Below the pieces are notes generated by a model, which was given only the letters and a program-made list of their open reading frames with translations, was not told the DNA's origin and searched no databases. A stretch of 64,000 nucleotides of DNA from a virus. Location: positions 1-64,000 of IMG/VR virus record IMGVR_UViG_3300042898_004347; one strand, 5' to 3'. The position numbers and the translations under genes were made by a program. Of the stretch, positions 43,340 through 52,575 are shown one piece after another (within the stretch, counting starts at the first letter, position 1; the number at the start of each line of letters is the position of its first letter).

Positions 43340-43893
43340 TTTATTGGATTGCTTTCGACACTGTAACTTTTACTTGGGCTTTTCCACTTAAAATTTACTT
43401 CTGGGTTAATCCAGCTATTATCTGGCCAAACTGTTTTATTGTTAGGATAGGCCACCCATTGACCAGTATTTAAACTGATAATATGGTGATTTTTATGCTG
43501 ATCCGGTATTTCCGACCATCCATCTTTCGCCCAGTCAATTGTAAATATGTAATTGCCCCTACGAGTTATTTTATCTCTTCCATAACAATCAACGGGCATA
43601 TTTTTTAGAAAGTTAAACTGATGGACGGTACTGCATCTACTAAAACCATCCCACCATACGCATATATCCAGTGGTAATGGATCGCATGGTTTACTGCAGA
43701 TCATGTGCACTGGCACTCTGGCCCATTGTGCTCCATTTTCAAGCATGACCTGAAACACTGGTACGCCGTGCGGCTCTGCTCTAAATCCAAAAACAAAACC
43801 ACGGGTAAATTCACCATGACCTTCTTGCTCGTCAAAGAAGAATTGATTTCTTATAAAGCACGGAGTGTAAGGCGTGTCTAATAGAAAAGACAT
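43315..43893 (-). CDS. Conserved phage hypothetical protein
   Basis: 192 aa; Y.FTIDW, HK.HHII, GQW.AYPNN. Confidence 0.7.
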   Translation of the reverse strand: MSFLLDTPYTPCFIRNQFFFDEQEGHGEFTRGFVFGFRAEPHGVPVFQVMLENGAQWARVPVHMICSKPCDPLPLDICVWWDGFSRCSTVHQFNFLKNMPVDCYGRDKITRRGNYIFTIDWAKDGWSEIPDQHKNHHIISLNTGQWVAYPNNKTVWPDNSWINPEVNFKWKSPSKSYSVESNPIKCSPGTPT

Positions 43894-43895
43894 TG

Positions 43896-44126
43896 TTAAA
43901 TAAAACTCGAAAGTGAATTGTTCTTTGGAAGTAGATTTGCAGACATTGCTTCTGCCTCAATCTTTGCTTTAATTGTGGGACCAATCAACTTGCCAATGTC
44001 TAATGGATCAATGAGGCGTTCGTTACAGATATGCAGGACAGCCTCCATATAGGTCATCTTCTCGGTGTGAACAAGGTTCTCCACAAGTTGTGTTACGATG
44101 GCTTTTGTCAGGATGTTGTCGAGCAT
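43896..44126 (-). CDS. gp33: Late transcription coactivator gp33
   Basis: YMEAVLHIC....ID...IK.KIEAEA...NLLPK; synteny with gp59/gp32. Confidence 0.85.
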   Translation of the reverse strand: MLDNILTKAIVTQLVENLVHTEKMTYMEAVLHICNERLIDPLDIGKLIGPTIKAKIEAEAMSANLLPKNNSLSSFI

Positions 44127-44133
44127 GGTAGTA

Positions 44134-44481
44134 TTAGCGGTGAAGTTCTACGCGCTGAATTCTGTAAGTCCGAACGTCTTCTGGAATATTCATATCTTTT
44201 GCCATTTGAGTCATCTCGGGAGTTGATTCCGACTGATGGTAATACATAATGCCATAGACAAAATGACTATTCTTATACTTATTAAAGTTTAAAAGTTTAT
44301 TTAACTGAGCCTCAAAGCTCATATCGGAATAGAACTTCGGCGTTGGATTTGCGTCACTCTTGACTTCAAGAGGATACAATTCGTTCAGTTTTGATAGCAC
44401 CGATTCTTTACTACCGACGATCACGGATGCCATTCGAGCAATGGCCATAACGTCGGGTGGTTGTGTTACTGGAGTATCCAT
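44134..44481 (-). CDS. Hypothetical protein
   Basis: 115-aa ORF packed in operon. Confidence 0.6.
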   Translation of the reverse strand: MDTPVTQPPDVMAIARMASVIVGSKESVLSKLNELYPLEVKSDANPTPKFYSDMSFEAQLNKLLNFNKYKNSHFVYGIMYYHQSESTPEMTQMAKDMNIPEDVRTYRIQRVELHR

Positions 44482-44484
44482 AGT

Positions 44485-45732
44485 TTATAGTATTCTGAGG
44501 AGCACAATGTCGCCATTGATACGCCCATTTGGTTTTGCAATCTTTGTGGTGAGTTGAGTCCACGCCTTTTCAAGTTGTTTCTCTGTGCTTCCTACAGCAA
44601 TAGGAATGAATTCATCGGGCTTACGGAGACGGATACAGCGGGAGGCTACCTCATCATAGTTCTGGATTGTAGTACCTTTGATGATAAAACCACCTGTCAC
44701 AGTGGCAACATAGTCAAACAATATCCGAGTCTTTACGTTAAAGGCGAGGAGCCGGTAGGCGCCGACAATCCGAATAGGATTGATTGAGGTAATCTTGAAT
44801 TCCTCGCTATGCTTAAGGTACTGGAGCTTTGCAATCTGCTTTGTGGCAGCCGTGGGTTTCTTCTCACGCGGCACCTTGGCAGCCTTGACGCTCGTTTTAA
44901 ACATTGTGAGATCATCAATCATTGTGGCCAGAGCATCAATGCGCATGAGCAGTTGCTTCTTCGTATAAAAACTATACGCTTCAGCAAGATACTCACTGGC
45001 GCCCGTGTGGGCATCAGTCATTTCATTCAGCAACTTCTTAAGATAGTCTTCCACAAAAGTGCATGCTGCAGCAGGAAGTTCATACTGCTGCATCGTCTTA
45101 TAGACTGGAATGACTCGTACTTCATTAGCAGAGTCGCACCATTCGTCCATAAGCACATCAAGATCCATAATCATGGTCCTTGTGCATTTGGCCTTGAGGC
45201 GATCCATCGGAGAAATACCAGCTGGCTTTTCAGCAATAATAGTTTCCACTGCATCTCGATGTTTCAGCTTTTTGCCTTCAAAGATTGAAGTGGCAATTGC
45301 TTCTTTCACAAAGATGTCGCAGGCAATCTGAGGTAATGCATCGCTCCGAAGTGACTTAAGGTAGTCATTGATTCCAGGATGAAATGTTGGCATTCCTTTA
45401 TTCATGCAGGTACAAAGAGTACCTGCCGTCATACCAGGAGAATAATCTGGAGCAGCTTTCACTGCAGAAATATCTTCCTTCGTGTAACCATTGTTGACCA
45501 TCCATTCTAGCACGGCTGGCTTGCTGTCCTTTGCGGTGGAGTAATAGTTGTAGAAATTAAAGGACCGAGAATACTCCTTCCAGAATTGTTCTACTGGCCA
45601 GGTCTCCCAACCATCCCAGATTGGCTCCTCACCTGTGTAGCGGGAGTCGACCGCAGCAATGCCATGGTTCGACTTTCGACCTTTCTTACGGTTCTTTGCC
45701 GCAGCAGATTTGAGTATGTGATCGACGGACAT
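44485..45732 (-). CDS. Conserved T4-like hypothetical protein
   Basis: SINPIRIVGA, IKGTTI, LRKP, NGRIN C-terminal motifs; start at ATG 45732. Confidence 0.7.
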   Translation of the reverse strand: MSVDHILKSAAAKNRKKGRKSNHGIAAVDSRYTGEEPIWDGWETWPVEQFWKEYSRSFNFYNYYSTAKDSKPAVLEWMVNNGYTKEDISAVKAAPDYSPGMTAGTLCTCMNKGMPTFHPGINDYLKSLRSDALPQIACDIFVKEAIATSIFEGKKLKHRDAVETIIAEKPAGISPMDRLKAKCTRTMIMDLDVLMDEWCDSANEVRVIPVYKTMQQYELPAAACTFVEDYLKKLLNEMTDAHTGASEYLAEAYSFYTKKQLLMRIDALATMIDDLTMFKTSVKAAKVPREKKPTAATKQIAKLQYLKHSEEFKITSINPIRIVGAYRLLAFNVKTRILFDYVATVTGGFIIKGTTIQNYDEVASRCIRLRKPDEFIPIAVGSTEKQLEKAWTQLTTKIAKPNGRINGDIVLLRIL

Positions 45733-45733
45733 A

Positions 45734-45997
45734 TTAGAGGGTCTCAATAGAGGTAACTGAATCCACTCGGAAAGAGCGCCAGCCCTCATTATCGACGTCG
45801 TACACGCGAACTGTGTCTTCCGACAGATTCAGATTCAGTTTCTTCTCACCCTTGGGCATAAGGTCACCAGGAATAATAGAAGCATCCAGAGTTCCACGAA
45901 GTGCCCGAGCCGTACCATCAACCTTAGTAAAGTTGATCAGTACCAGATTATTATTTTTCAGCGTATCCTTGATTTCAGCGTATGTGTATTTTTTCAT
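45734..45997 (-). CDS. Sm/SH3-like barrel protein (WYL_2-like)
   Basis: FTKVDGT.R...GTL, VYDV...GWRSFRVD. Confidence 0.75.
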   Translation of the reverse strand: MKKYTYAEIKDTLKNNNLVLINFTKVDGTARALRGTLDASIIPGDLMPKGEKKLNLNLSEDTVRVYDVDNEGWRSFRVDSVTSIETL

Positions 45998-46006
45998 TAT
46001 GTAGAT

Positions 46007-46036
46007 ATATTAAAGTGAATTCAGTCAAATGTAAAC
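46007..46036 (-). promoter_or_regulatory. Early promoter GTTTAC-18-TAATAT
   Basis: T4-early-like -35, 9 nt from -10 to ATG. Confidence 0.6.
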
Positions 46037-46040
46037 AACA

Positions 46041-46165
46041 AAAGCATCGTTTCAAAGGAGCCTACTCAAAGAAGATTCTTTATAAGAGATAAACCACCAT
46101 GAGTGGTCGTAGTTGATCGATGATCTACTTCTGAGTGAAAGTAAGCTCTTTTGAAACGATGCTTT
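46041..46165. repeat. Intergenic long inverted repeat / candidate structured RNA
   Basis: 25-bp arms (46041-46065, 46141-46165) with 2 mismatches enclosing three small hairpins. Confidence 0.75.
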
Positions 46166-46178
46166 CAGAGGTTATTTA

Positions 46179-46616
46179 TTACTTTAGGTTTTTGTAGACC
46201 TTGGCCCAATAGGCTTCAAGGTTCTTTTGCTTGGTGTCGGACATTGGAGAAGCCACTCGGCGCCAAGAACCACCGCCACCGTTCCAGATGAAGCCGAGTT
46301 CTTTCTCAGTGGCTTTACGGTTCGTGGTTTTTTCAATGTGTTTCGAGTAAAAATTCAGAACCCCTTTGGCGACTTCACGAGATGTGATTTCGTCAAACAT
46401 GTCCGCATGCCTGTAATTCTTACCCGTGATGCGGTTGAAGTCCTGGACCATCACCGCGTGAATCTGAAGGATTCCAAGCGCCTTACCGCGGTCGCCGATG
46501 GCAGCAGCGTTACCGTTGCTTTCGGTACGAACCAGCGCTTCCACCAAGCGGTCAATATTTTGACCCGAAACGGTAGCGGTAAGGGCAAGAATTGCGACGA
46601 TATGTTTGACTTTCAT
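46179..46616 (-). CDS. Secreted lysozyme-like / lytic transglycosylase protein
   Basis: Signal peptide; ALVRTES.G...AIGD.G.A.G.LQI; WNGG; start at ATG 46616. Confidence 0.75.
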   Translation of the reverse strand: MKVKHIVAILALTATVSGQNIDRLVEALVRTESNGNAAAIGDRGKALGILQIHAVMVQDFNRITGKNYRHADMFDEITSREVAKGVLNFYSKHIEKTTNRKATEKELGFIWNGGGGSWRRVASPMSDTKQKNLEAYWAKVYKNLK

Positions 46617-46625
46617 TATGGTACA

Positions 46626-46680
46626 ATCATACAACACCCAGCGCGAAAGTAAATCACAAAGAATTACCTAAGTTGTTGAT
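46626..46680 (-). promoter_or_regulatory. Early promoter ATTTAC-17-TATGAT with conserved upstream box
   Basis: Repeated at 46970, 58498, 60022. Confidence 0.8.
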
Positions 46681-46684
46681 ATCC

Positions 46685-46960
46685 TTACATCGTCCAATAA
46701 AGTTCGCCGGAAGGGTCGCAGGAATGAGGAGTATCCACTGGAATCTTGACGATAGTACCTGTCATTAGATTTTTGACTTCCTTGTAATCCGTATGAGTCA
46801 CATTCCGCTTAAGCATTTTCTGCTGGCGAGAAGAGAATTCCTTGTAACTGACGATCTGAGTGCTGCCTTTCGCATCGCCCTTTGCGACGATGATCGTGAT
46901 GGCAATACCGTTGTTCTTGACGATTGGAGAATAAACTCCCTTGTAGGTGATGGCTTTCAT
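46685..46960 (-). CDS. Hypothetical early protein
   Basis: VKNLMTG...I..DTP..CDPS.E.YW.M C-terminal motif; start 46960. Confidence 0.65.
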   Translation of the reverse strand: MKAITYKGVYSPIVKNNGIAITIIVAKGDAKGSTQIVSYKEFSSRQQKMLKRNVTHTDYKEVKNLMTGTIVKIPVDTPHSCDPSGELYWTM

Positions 46961-46969
46961 TATGATACA

Positions 46970-47024
46970 ATCATACAACACCCAGACTAAAAGTAAAACA
47001 CTAAGAATGTCCTAAGTGATTGAT
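46970..47024 (-). promoter_or_regulatory. Early promoter TTTTAC-17-TATGAT with conserved upstream box
   Basis: Near-copy of 46626-46680. Confidence 0.8.
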
Positions 47025-47033
47025 TGACAACGG

Positions 47034-49073
47034 TCACTTTGAAGTAGCTCTAAAAACTCCATCCCAGGATGGTCCAGGATCCGCTTTTTCTAGGTCAGCA
47101 ATGCGTTCCAGCATCATGTCGTAGTAATCATTGAGGAAATCCATGTGAGCTTTTAAATCAACTCCCAATTCTTTTGCTTTTTTCCAATTGCGCTCCCGAT
47201 AGTAAGTCATGAAACTGTCATGGGATTTGCTGTAGACGCGTGTGCCCTTTTCAAATACCGTGTAAATCTTCACACCTTCTTTCTTACCCTTTACCGCGAT
47301 GCAATCTAGTTCTAGCGTGGGATACACGTCCTTCACATATTCTCGCGTGATGGGACCAATTACAAATTTGACGCCGTAGGGCTTCGACTGACCTTCCAAG
47401 CGAGAGGCAAGATTCACCGAATCTCCGAGGCAGGTATAATCGAACCGTTGAGTCGAGCCCATATTACCCACAACAACGGTACCAGTATTCACGCCGAGAC
47501 CCATTCCGAATGCAGGAATACCTTCCTTCGTCACCTCATCGTTGAATGCTTTCAGACTTCCTAGCATTGTGAGACCCGTTTCAACCGCATGAAGAGCATG
47601 GTCCTTGTCGTCGAGTGGTGCGTTCCAGAAAGCCATCTGTGCATCACCAATGTACTTGTCCAGCGTTCCCTGACTATCCAGAATGGCCTGTGTCATTGCC
47701 GTCATATACCGATTCATAATCTTTGTGAGACCCTGAACGTCCTTGCCATAGTGTTCCGAGATTGCGGTGAAGCCACGAACATCTGTAAACATGATTGATA
47801 GCTCTCGAGACTCGCCTCCCAACTGTAAGAGGTCGGGATTCTTTTGCAGTTTCTCAACCATGGCTGGAGATAGGTACGTTCCGAACTGTTTCTTGATCTG
47901 CTGCTTGAGTTTAAACTCCATGACGAACCGCATGAAGAGAGAACCAGTCCATACAAGGGATGCGGTACCCACAACCCAGGTATAGTCGGCAAGGAGTCCT
48001 TTATCGAATAAATGAAAGCCGTAATACACTGGAAGGCATACGGCAATAAGATAGATGCCAAGATTTAAGGCGTAGCCCAAAAAGGAGATTGCTCCGATTA
48101 GAATAAGTGCTGCACCCACACCAATTGCAATCTCGTAAAGATCGAACTCTGCTGGGCGTTCAAGTCGGTTACCATCGAGCAACATCTGAAGTGTTTGGAG
48201 ACTGAGTTCGTGTCCGTACGCCGTACCCAATGGAGTCGCAACGGTATTTGCAAGCCCCTCGGCCGTAAGAGCGATCACTACAATCTTGTCCTTCACGTGC
48301 CATTCATCATCGGTGTATGGAACTGATTTAAAGGTATATTTAAAGTTGATCCAGACGCGACCATTGCCATCAGTCTTAATTGGCGGCGTACCAGGGACGC
48401 GAATGGCAGACACTCCCGATTCTGTTACCTTAACCTGAAAGCTGGGTTGGTTACCAAAGACACGGAGGATTTCCAGTGGCATTGTGGGATACTTTTCTTT
48501 TTCAATCTGAATCATGAGCGGTAATCTACGCACCACGCCATCAAGCTCTGGAGCCGTCAATAACATACCCACGCCCGTGGACGCCTCACCAATCTCTTTG
48601 AGTGGTCCGATTGCAGCTGGGTAATCAAATAGCCAGTCATCCGTCGTGCCGCCGATTGTTGCAACGCCTCTTGGAATTGGAACGCCTTTACCCTTTAATG
48701 ACGCCGATTGACCCGTAATTACAGGAGCCTGACTCAGCATCTCAATAAATTCCTTATCTCCGCCAAGACGGTCGGGTTCCGCGAAAATAATAGGTAGCAC
48801 AACACCGGTGGCGCCTGACTCCATGGCTTTTCTGATTGCGCCTGCCAGTTCGGTACGCTTCCATGGCCACTGTCCGTTCTTTTCCAGTGCCTTTTCATCA
48901 ATTTCCACGATCACAATGTTATCCGATACCACCTTGTCCTGCTTTCTCTGATAGTAATCCAGACCTTTGAGACGCATTACCTCGATTGGATACGGGTTTG
49001 CAATGCGGAGACCCACGGCAACTGTGAGAAGCATAAGACCAACAAGAAGGATTCTGAATGTGTGTTTGTTCAT
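47034..49073 (-). CDS. CHASE2-domain membrane adenylate cyclase (class III)
   Basis: N-terminal TM, IVIVEIDEKAL...GQWPW.R and DGVVRR (CHASE2), three TMs, FTDVRGFT, DKYIGDA, YTCLGDSVNLASRLEG. Confidence 0.95.
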   Translation of the reverse strand: MNKHTFRILLVGLMLLTVAVGLRIANPYPIEVMRLKGLDYYQRKQDKVVSDNIVIVEIDEKALEKNGQWPWKRTELAGAIRKAMESGATGVVLPIIFAEPDRLGGDKEFIEMLSQAPVITGQSASLKGKGVPIPRGVATIGGTTDDWLFDYPAAIGPLKEIGEASTGVGMLLTAPELDGVVRRLPLMIQIEKEKYPTMPLEILRVFGNQPSFQVKVTESGVSAIRVPGTPPIKTDGNGRVWINFKYTFKSVPYTDDEWHVKDKIVVIALTAEGLANTVATPLGTAYGHELSLQTLQMLLDGNRLERPAEFDLYEIAIGVGAALILIGAISFLGYALNLGIYLIAVCLPVYYGFHLFDKGLLADYTWVVGTASLVWTGSLFMRFVMEFKLKQQIKKQFGTYLSPAMVEKLQKNPDLLQLGGESRELSIMFTDVRGFTAISEHYGKDVQGLTKIMNRYMTAMTQAILDSQGTLDKYIGDAQMAFWNAPLDDKDHALHAVETGLTMLGSLKAFNDEVTKEGIPAFGMGLGVNTGTVVVGNMGSTQRFDYTCLGDSVNLASRLEGQSKPYGVKFVIGPITREYVKDVYPTLELDCIAVKGKKEGVKIYTVFEKGTRVYSKSHDSFMTYYRERNWKKAKELGVDLKAHMDFLNDYYDMMLERIADLEKADPGPSWDGVFRATSK

Positions 49074-50224
49074 TTCTGAATGATGTTTACTTTAAGTTTG
49101 TCTCCGAAGTTGAGTGGATATACCGTAGTTCCATTCGAGTCGGTAATCTTAAACGTTGCGCTTGTGTCTGCTTTTAATTTATAGTGAATGACTCCTTTGG
49201 ATGTGGAAAGATTCATTATTGCGTTTGTGCCGTCCGTAGTAAATCCATTATTGACCGTTGACGTCACAATGAGCGATGGTAATGGACTTGCCGCTGTTGC
49301 AACCGTGACCTCTGGATTTTTAAAAATGACTTCTGCTACGGCCTGAAGTAGCTCGGGCTGCATTGCCTTTACATCGATGATGGCTGTTTTAGTTTCTTCC
49401 ACAGGCTTTTCTTCAGCCTTAACCTGAGTAGACGTACTAGGTTCAACCTGAGCAACCGCAGTAGCGGAATCACTCTTGCCGCTTGATTTTTTGTTTGGTT
49501 TATCATCGGCCGATTCGGATGTGTTTGCCTGTGTCTGCTTTTTGGCTTCCTTTACCGCACTTGTGACGGGTTTCGGAGTCTCAACAAGAATCAGGTTATT
49601 GATTTTGCTTTCATCTTGAAAGTTAAGTATGACGGGATTTGTAGGAGCGGACTGCATTGACGCAATAAAGGTCGCCTGATATGCCTGAGTCATAAGGACA
49701 CTTCCTGCTACATTTGACACCTCGATAACTCCCACGGTTCCAGGAGTTGCGCTATATTCGGGCCGCGAAGGAAGTAGAATGATGAGACTCTTACCATCCT
49801 CGGAGACGGTCATTGAAAAATCCGTACCACGAACAGAAATCTTTGCGGTAGGAGTTTGAACCTTAATGTTCTCTCTACTATTCTTTGCAATCATACCCGA
49901 TGCATAACGAACGGTACCGAATGCCGTCTTCATTGAGACCTTACCCTTACCGCTCGCAGGATCATACACGAATTCATCAATCTTGAGCTTCGAGAACTCA
50001 GTGATCTGCATTACTGTATGATCCTCGAATTCAATGGATACCCGAGCCTTTAAGGTCTCGATGGTATCATCCTGCTCTATCTCCGTGCCAACCTTACCTT
50101 CTAACTTATCCTTGCCACGAACAATCTGAGTGGGACCAGTAACCTCGGTCAGTTTCCCGACCGAGGCACTGGCTTCAGATATAAAAATAACCGCAAACAA
50201 AAACAGTGCTGCGGCTATGCGCAT
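49070..50224 (-). CDS. Secreted/periplasmic FecR-domain protein
   Basis: Signal peptide; D.IET, F.D.T, TPTAKISVRGTDF; low-complexity linker plus C-terminal beta domain. Confidence 0.88.
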   Translation of the reverse strand: MRIAAALFLFAVIFISEASASVGKLTEVTGPTQIVRGKDKLEGKVGTEIEQDDTIETLKARVSIEFEDHTVMQITEFSKLKIDEFVYDPASGKGKVSMKTAFGTVRYASGMIAKNSRENIKVQTPTAKISVRGTDFSMTVSEDGKSLIILLPSRPEYSATPGTVGVIEVSNVAGSVLMTQAYQATFIASMQSAPTNPVILNFQDESKINNLILVETPKPVTSAVKEAKKQTQANTSESADDKPNKKSSGKSDSATAVAQVEPSTSTQVKAEEKPVEETKTAIIDVKAMQPELLQAVAEVIFKNPEVTVATAASPLPSLIVTSTVNNGFTTDGTNAIMNLSTSKGVIHYKLKADTSATFKITDSNGTTVYPLNFGDKLKVNIIQK

Positions 50225-50227
50225 ACA

Positions 50228-51028
50228 TTAGGGAGTCGGAGGCGAAATCGTCGCTGTTGGATTTGCGGCGCCGTAGTTCGAGGATCCCGTAGTCATAATA
50301 GGAGCAGCAGCCGTTGTGGTCTGGATAATCTGAACGGTATTATTACTACCAGTTAAATTATAGACGAGCTTCTGCTGTTCTATTCCAGCTTGATAGACGG
50401 TGAGGTTATTCGTGCTACCCAGGATGGTAACATCTTGATAATGTCCGCCTTTCTGAGTTGATGCGCCAACGCTTCCGATCTGAGTTGATTTTACGATATT
50501 TGAACTACCGGTAATGTTATAATCAATCCAGTTGAATGAAGCATTTTCGAATCCGAATTTCATCGTGTTCGAGCTACCAACAACATCAATGGTGACATCG
50601 CTGTCCGCAATGGTCGCCTTTGACGTATCGACCTCGGAGGTATGATCCACGGTCACATCTTTATTCACGGTTATTGAATTCGTGCTTCCGACCAACGACA
50701 CGTTGAATGTGTTGTTGGCACCGTTCATGAAGTATTTCTGAGTGTTCGTATTACCCGTGGCAACAGCGAGCAAGCTCAGATTGTTGGCTCCGATAATAGA
50801 GAAGTCAGTACTGTTGCTATTTCCCATCTGACGCGTTTCAAAGGTAATGTTATCGCCAGTGATGTCGCTTGCAACTCCAGAGGAGCCGATTCGATTCAGG
50901 CTGCCGACCTGAATTAGGGTTGTGGAACCCGCGGTTGTGATTTGATTCACATATATCTGATTCTGGGCAAAGGCTGGAGTTAATAGCATAAGCCCAAGAA
51001 TGAATCCTAGTTTTAGTTTTGTTTTCAT
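50228..51028 (-). CDS. Curlin-like secreted beta-solenoid protein
   Basis: Signal peptide; repeated (I/V/Q)-x-G-x-x-N units at about 11-residue spacing; directly after csgG. Confidence 0.65.
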   Translation of the reverse strand: MKTKLKLGFILGLMLLTPAFAQNQIYVNQITTAGSTTLIQVGSLNRIGSSGVASDITGDNITFETRQMGNSNSTDFSIIGANNLSLLAVATGNTNTQKYFMNGANNTFNVSLVGSTNSITVNKDVTVDHTSEVDTSKATIADSDVTIDVVGSSNTMKFGFENASFNWIDYNITGSSNIVKSTQIGSVGASTQKGGHYQDVTILGSTNNLTVYQAGIEQQKLVYNLTGSNNTVQIIQTTTAAAPIMTTGSSNYGAANPTATISPPTP

Positions 51029-51840
51029 TTCTTTTTAGCGTTATTGTTGGTTGTGTCTTTGAATTGCCAAAGACCTGCTGTTTGCCCCTGTTTTACGATT
51101 TCGATGACTGCCTGATCAATAGCGCTCCGGACGGCAATGCCATTCGGTTCATTTGCAGTGAGACCAAGTTCTGACTCAATCGGGGTTGTTCCGTGATCAT
51201 AAAATTTAAATAGATTGCCCGAGAGGGCAATACTCGTAATTGTTTTAGTAACAGCTACGCTCAGAAGGACCTCTCCTGTTTGAACGCTTACAAGCCTCAG
51301 TGACACTGTTACTACGTCCTTACGATATTGAGTGCTGCTGGAGATGCCAAGAACACTGGCGCCCGCGCCTCCCGTAAGGATATTGCTATCATATCCGATA
51401 ATACCGCCCTGCGCAATAACGCCGGCAAATAACATCGGGGTGAGTTTCTCGGCGTCTTTACCGAGGAAAGTTTCTCTTGTCTGTGAAATAAGTTGGCGTT
51501 CCTTAATAATGTCGTCAAGGCTCGCACGTTCGAGTACCTGAAACCACGTGCCATTACTTGCAAGACGTAATGCATCAATGAGCCAGCTCTCTGCGCCCTG
51601 CGTGACGGCAGAAGAGAATGTGGCATACGCGTCTGCGGTCTTTCTCTGTCCCGTTTTATCCGCAAAACCATAGACTGCAATTGTCATCCGAGGACCATCA
51701 ATTGGAGGAAGTTCTAATAGCTGTTTCGCCATTGGAGACATTTGTACCTTCGGGGTCTCGAGGATGCCGGGCTTGGATGGAACCGAAGCACAACCCCCGA
51801 ACAACAAAGATAGTAAGAGTATGGAGAGGAATTTAACCAT
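51025..51840 (-). CDS. csgG: Curli secretion channel lipoprotein CsgG
   Basis: Lipobox FGGC; AVYGFADKTGQRK, FSSAVTQGA, WFQVLER, KERQLI, GGIIGYD, VTVSLRLVSVQTGEVL. Confidence 0.93.
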   Translation of the reverse strand: MVKFLSILLLSLLFGGCASVPSKPGILETPKVQMSPMAKQLLELPPIDGPRMTIAVYGFADKTGQRKTADAYATFSSAVTQGAESWLIDALRLASNGTWFQVLERASLDDIIKERQLISQTRETFLGKDAEKLTPMLFAGVIAQGGIIGYDSNILTGGAGASVLGISSSTQYRKDVVTVSLRLVSVQTGEVLLSVAVTKTITSIALSGNLFKFYDHGTTPIESELGLTANEPNGIAVRSAIDQAVIEIVKQGQTAGLWQFKDTTNNNAKKK

Positions 51841-51843
51841 TGA

Positions 51844-52302
51844 TCAGCCACCGCCTGGATTCAATGTTCCTACGGGAACTTGAATAGTTGTAGTATTGCC
51901 GGTTACAGGATCAACAATGTAGAGAGTCACCATATCGCCATTCTTTTGCCATGTGACGGTAGATCCGCCTTGAAGATTAATGATGCCAAAGTTTGCTCCG
52001 TTGGAGTTAAAGATGGCATCCGTGACCTGAGAAGCTAGTTGAGAATAGATTCGAGCCTGCAGGTTATTAATGAATGCATTAAGCGGGGTATTCTGTGCCG
52101 TAACTTTTGCAGTTTCAGCATCTGCTTTTGCCTGATCTTTGAATGATTGCTTTCGGGTGCGTGCAAGGTTCTCAATGGTGATTTCATGGGAAGAAAACCC
52201 AATGCCGTTAAACATTGGAGACTTAAAACCATGCACCATATCCGATGCAAAGACGACCTCAGGGAGGAGGCAGAGAAGTAGAAGTAGGAGCAGGTTTTTC
52301 AT
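51844..52302 (-). CDS. csgF: Curli assembly protein CsgF-like
   Basis: Signal peptide then SDMVHGFKSPMFNG (cf. CsgF F.NP.FGG); C-terminal DPVTGNTTTIQVP; upstream of csgG; start 52302. Confidence 0.8.
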   Translation of the reverse strand: MKNLLLLLLLCLLPEVVFASDMVHGFKSPMFNGIGFSSHEITIENLARTRKQSFKDQAKADAETAKVTAQNTPLNAFINNLQARIYSQLASQVTDAIFNSNGANFGIINLQGGSTVTWQKNGDMVTLYIVDPVTGNTTTIQVPVGTLNPGGG

Positions 52303-52573
52303 TGGTGATTGATGCGGGTGGCACAATATGTGGACCCCCGCGTTGCATTTCGATAGCTGTATTAATTTTTTGTTCTAGTCTAATTAAATCATTATCAAGC
52401 ATACGAATTCGGTCAATCAACGCAATCATAGTTTTCTTTGCTTCCGACAGCTCAGAATTAATGTTCTCCGTCACAAATTTCCAAACAAAGTAAATAAAAT
52501 ATCCCATACCAGCGGCAGCCATCATTGGCATACCGTACTGGTTGATCATCTGTTTTAGTTCAATAGGATCCAT
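52259..52573 (-). CDS. Small single-TM coiled-coil protein
   Basis: QYGMP...TM...LIDRIRMLDNDLIRL; paralogue of next gene. Confidence 0.7.
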   Translation of the reverse strand: MDPIELKQMINQYGMPMMAAAGMGYFIYFVWKFVTENINSELSEAKKTMIALIDRIRMLDNDLIRLEQKINTAIEMQRGGPHIVPPASITNEKPAPTSTSLPPP

Positions 52574-52575
52574 AA

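Noticed and set aside
46120-46150. Hammerhead ribozyme core
   Set aside because: CTGAGTGA does not fit CUGANGA and required stems are not arranged correctly
47034-49073. Cyclase as Pycsar/CBASS defence component
   Set aside because: CHASE2-TM receptor architecture with adenylate-type residues; no adjacent TIR or cNMP-binding effector
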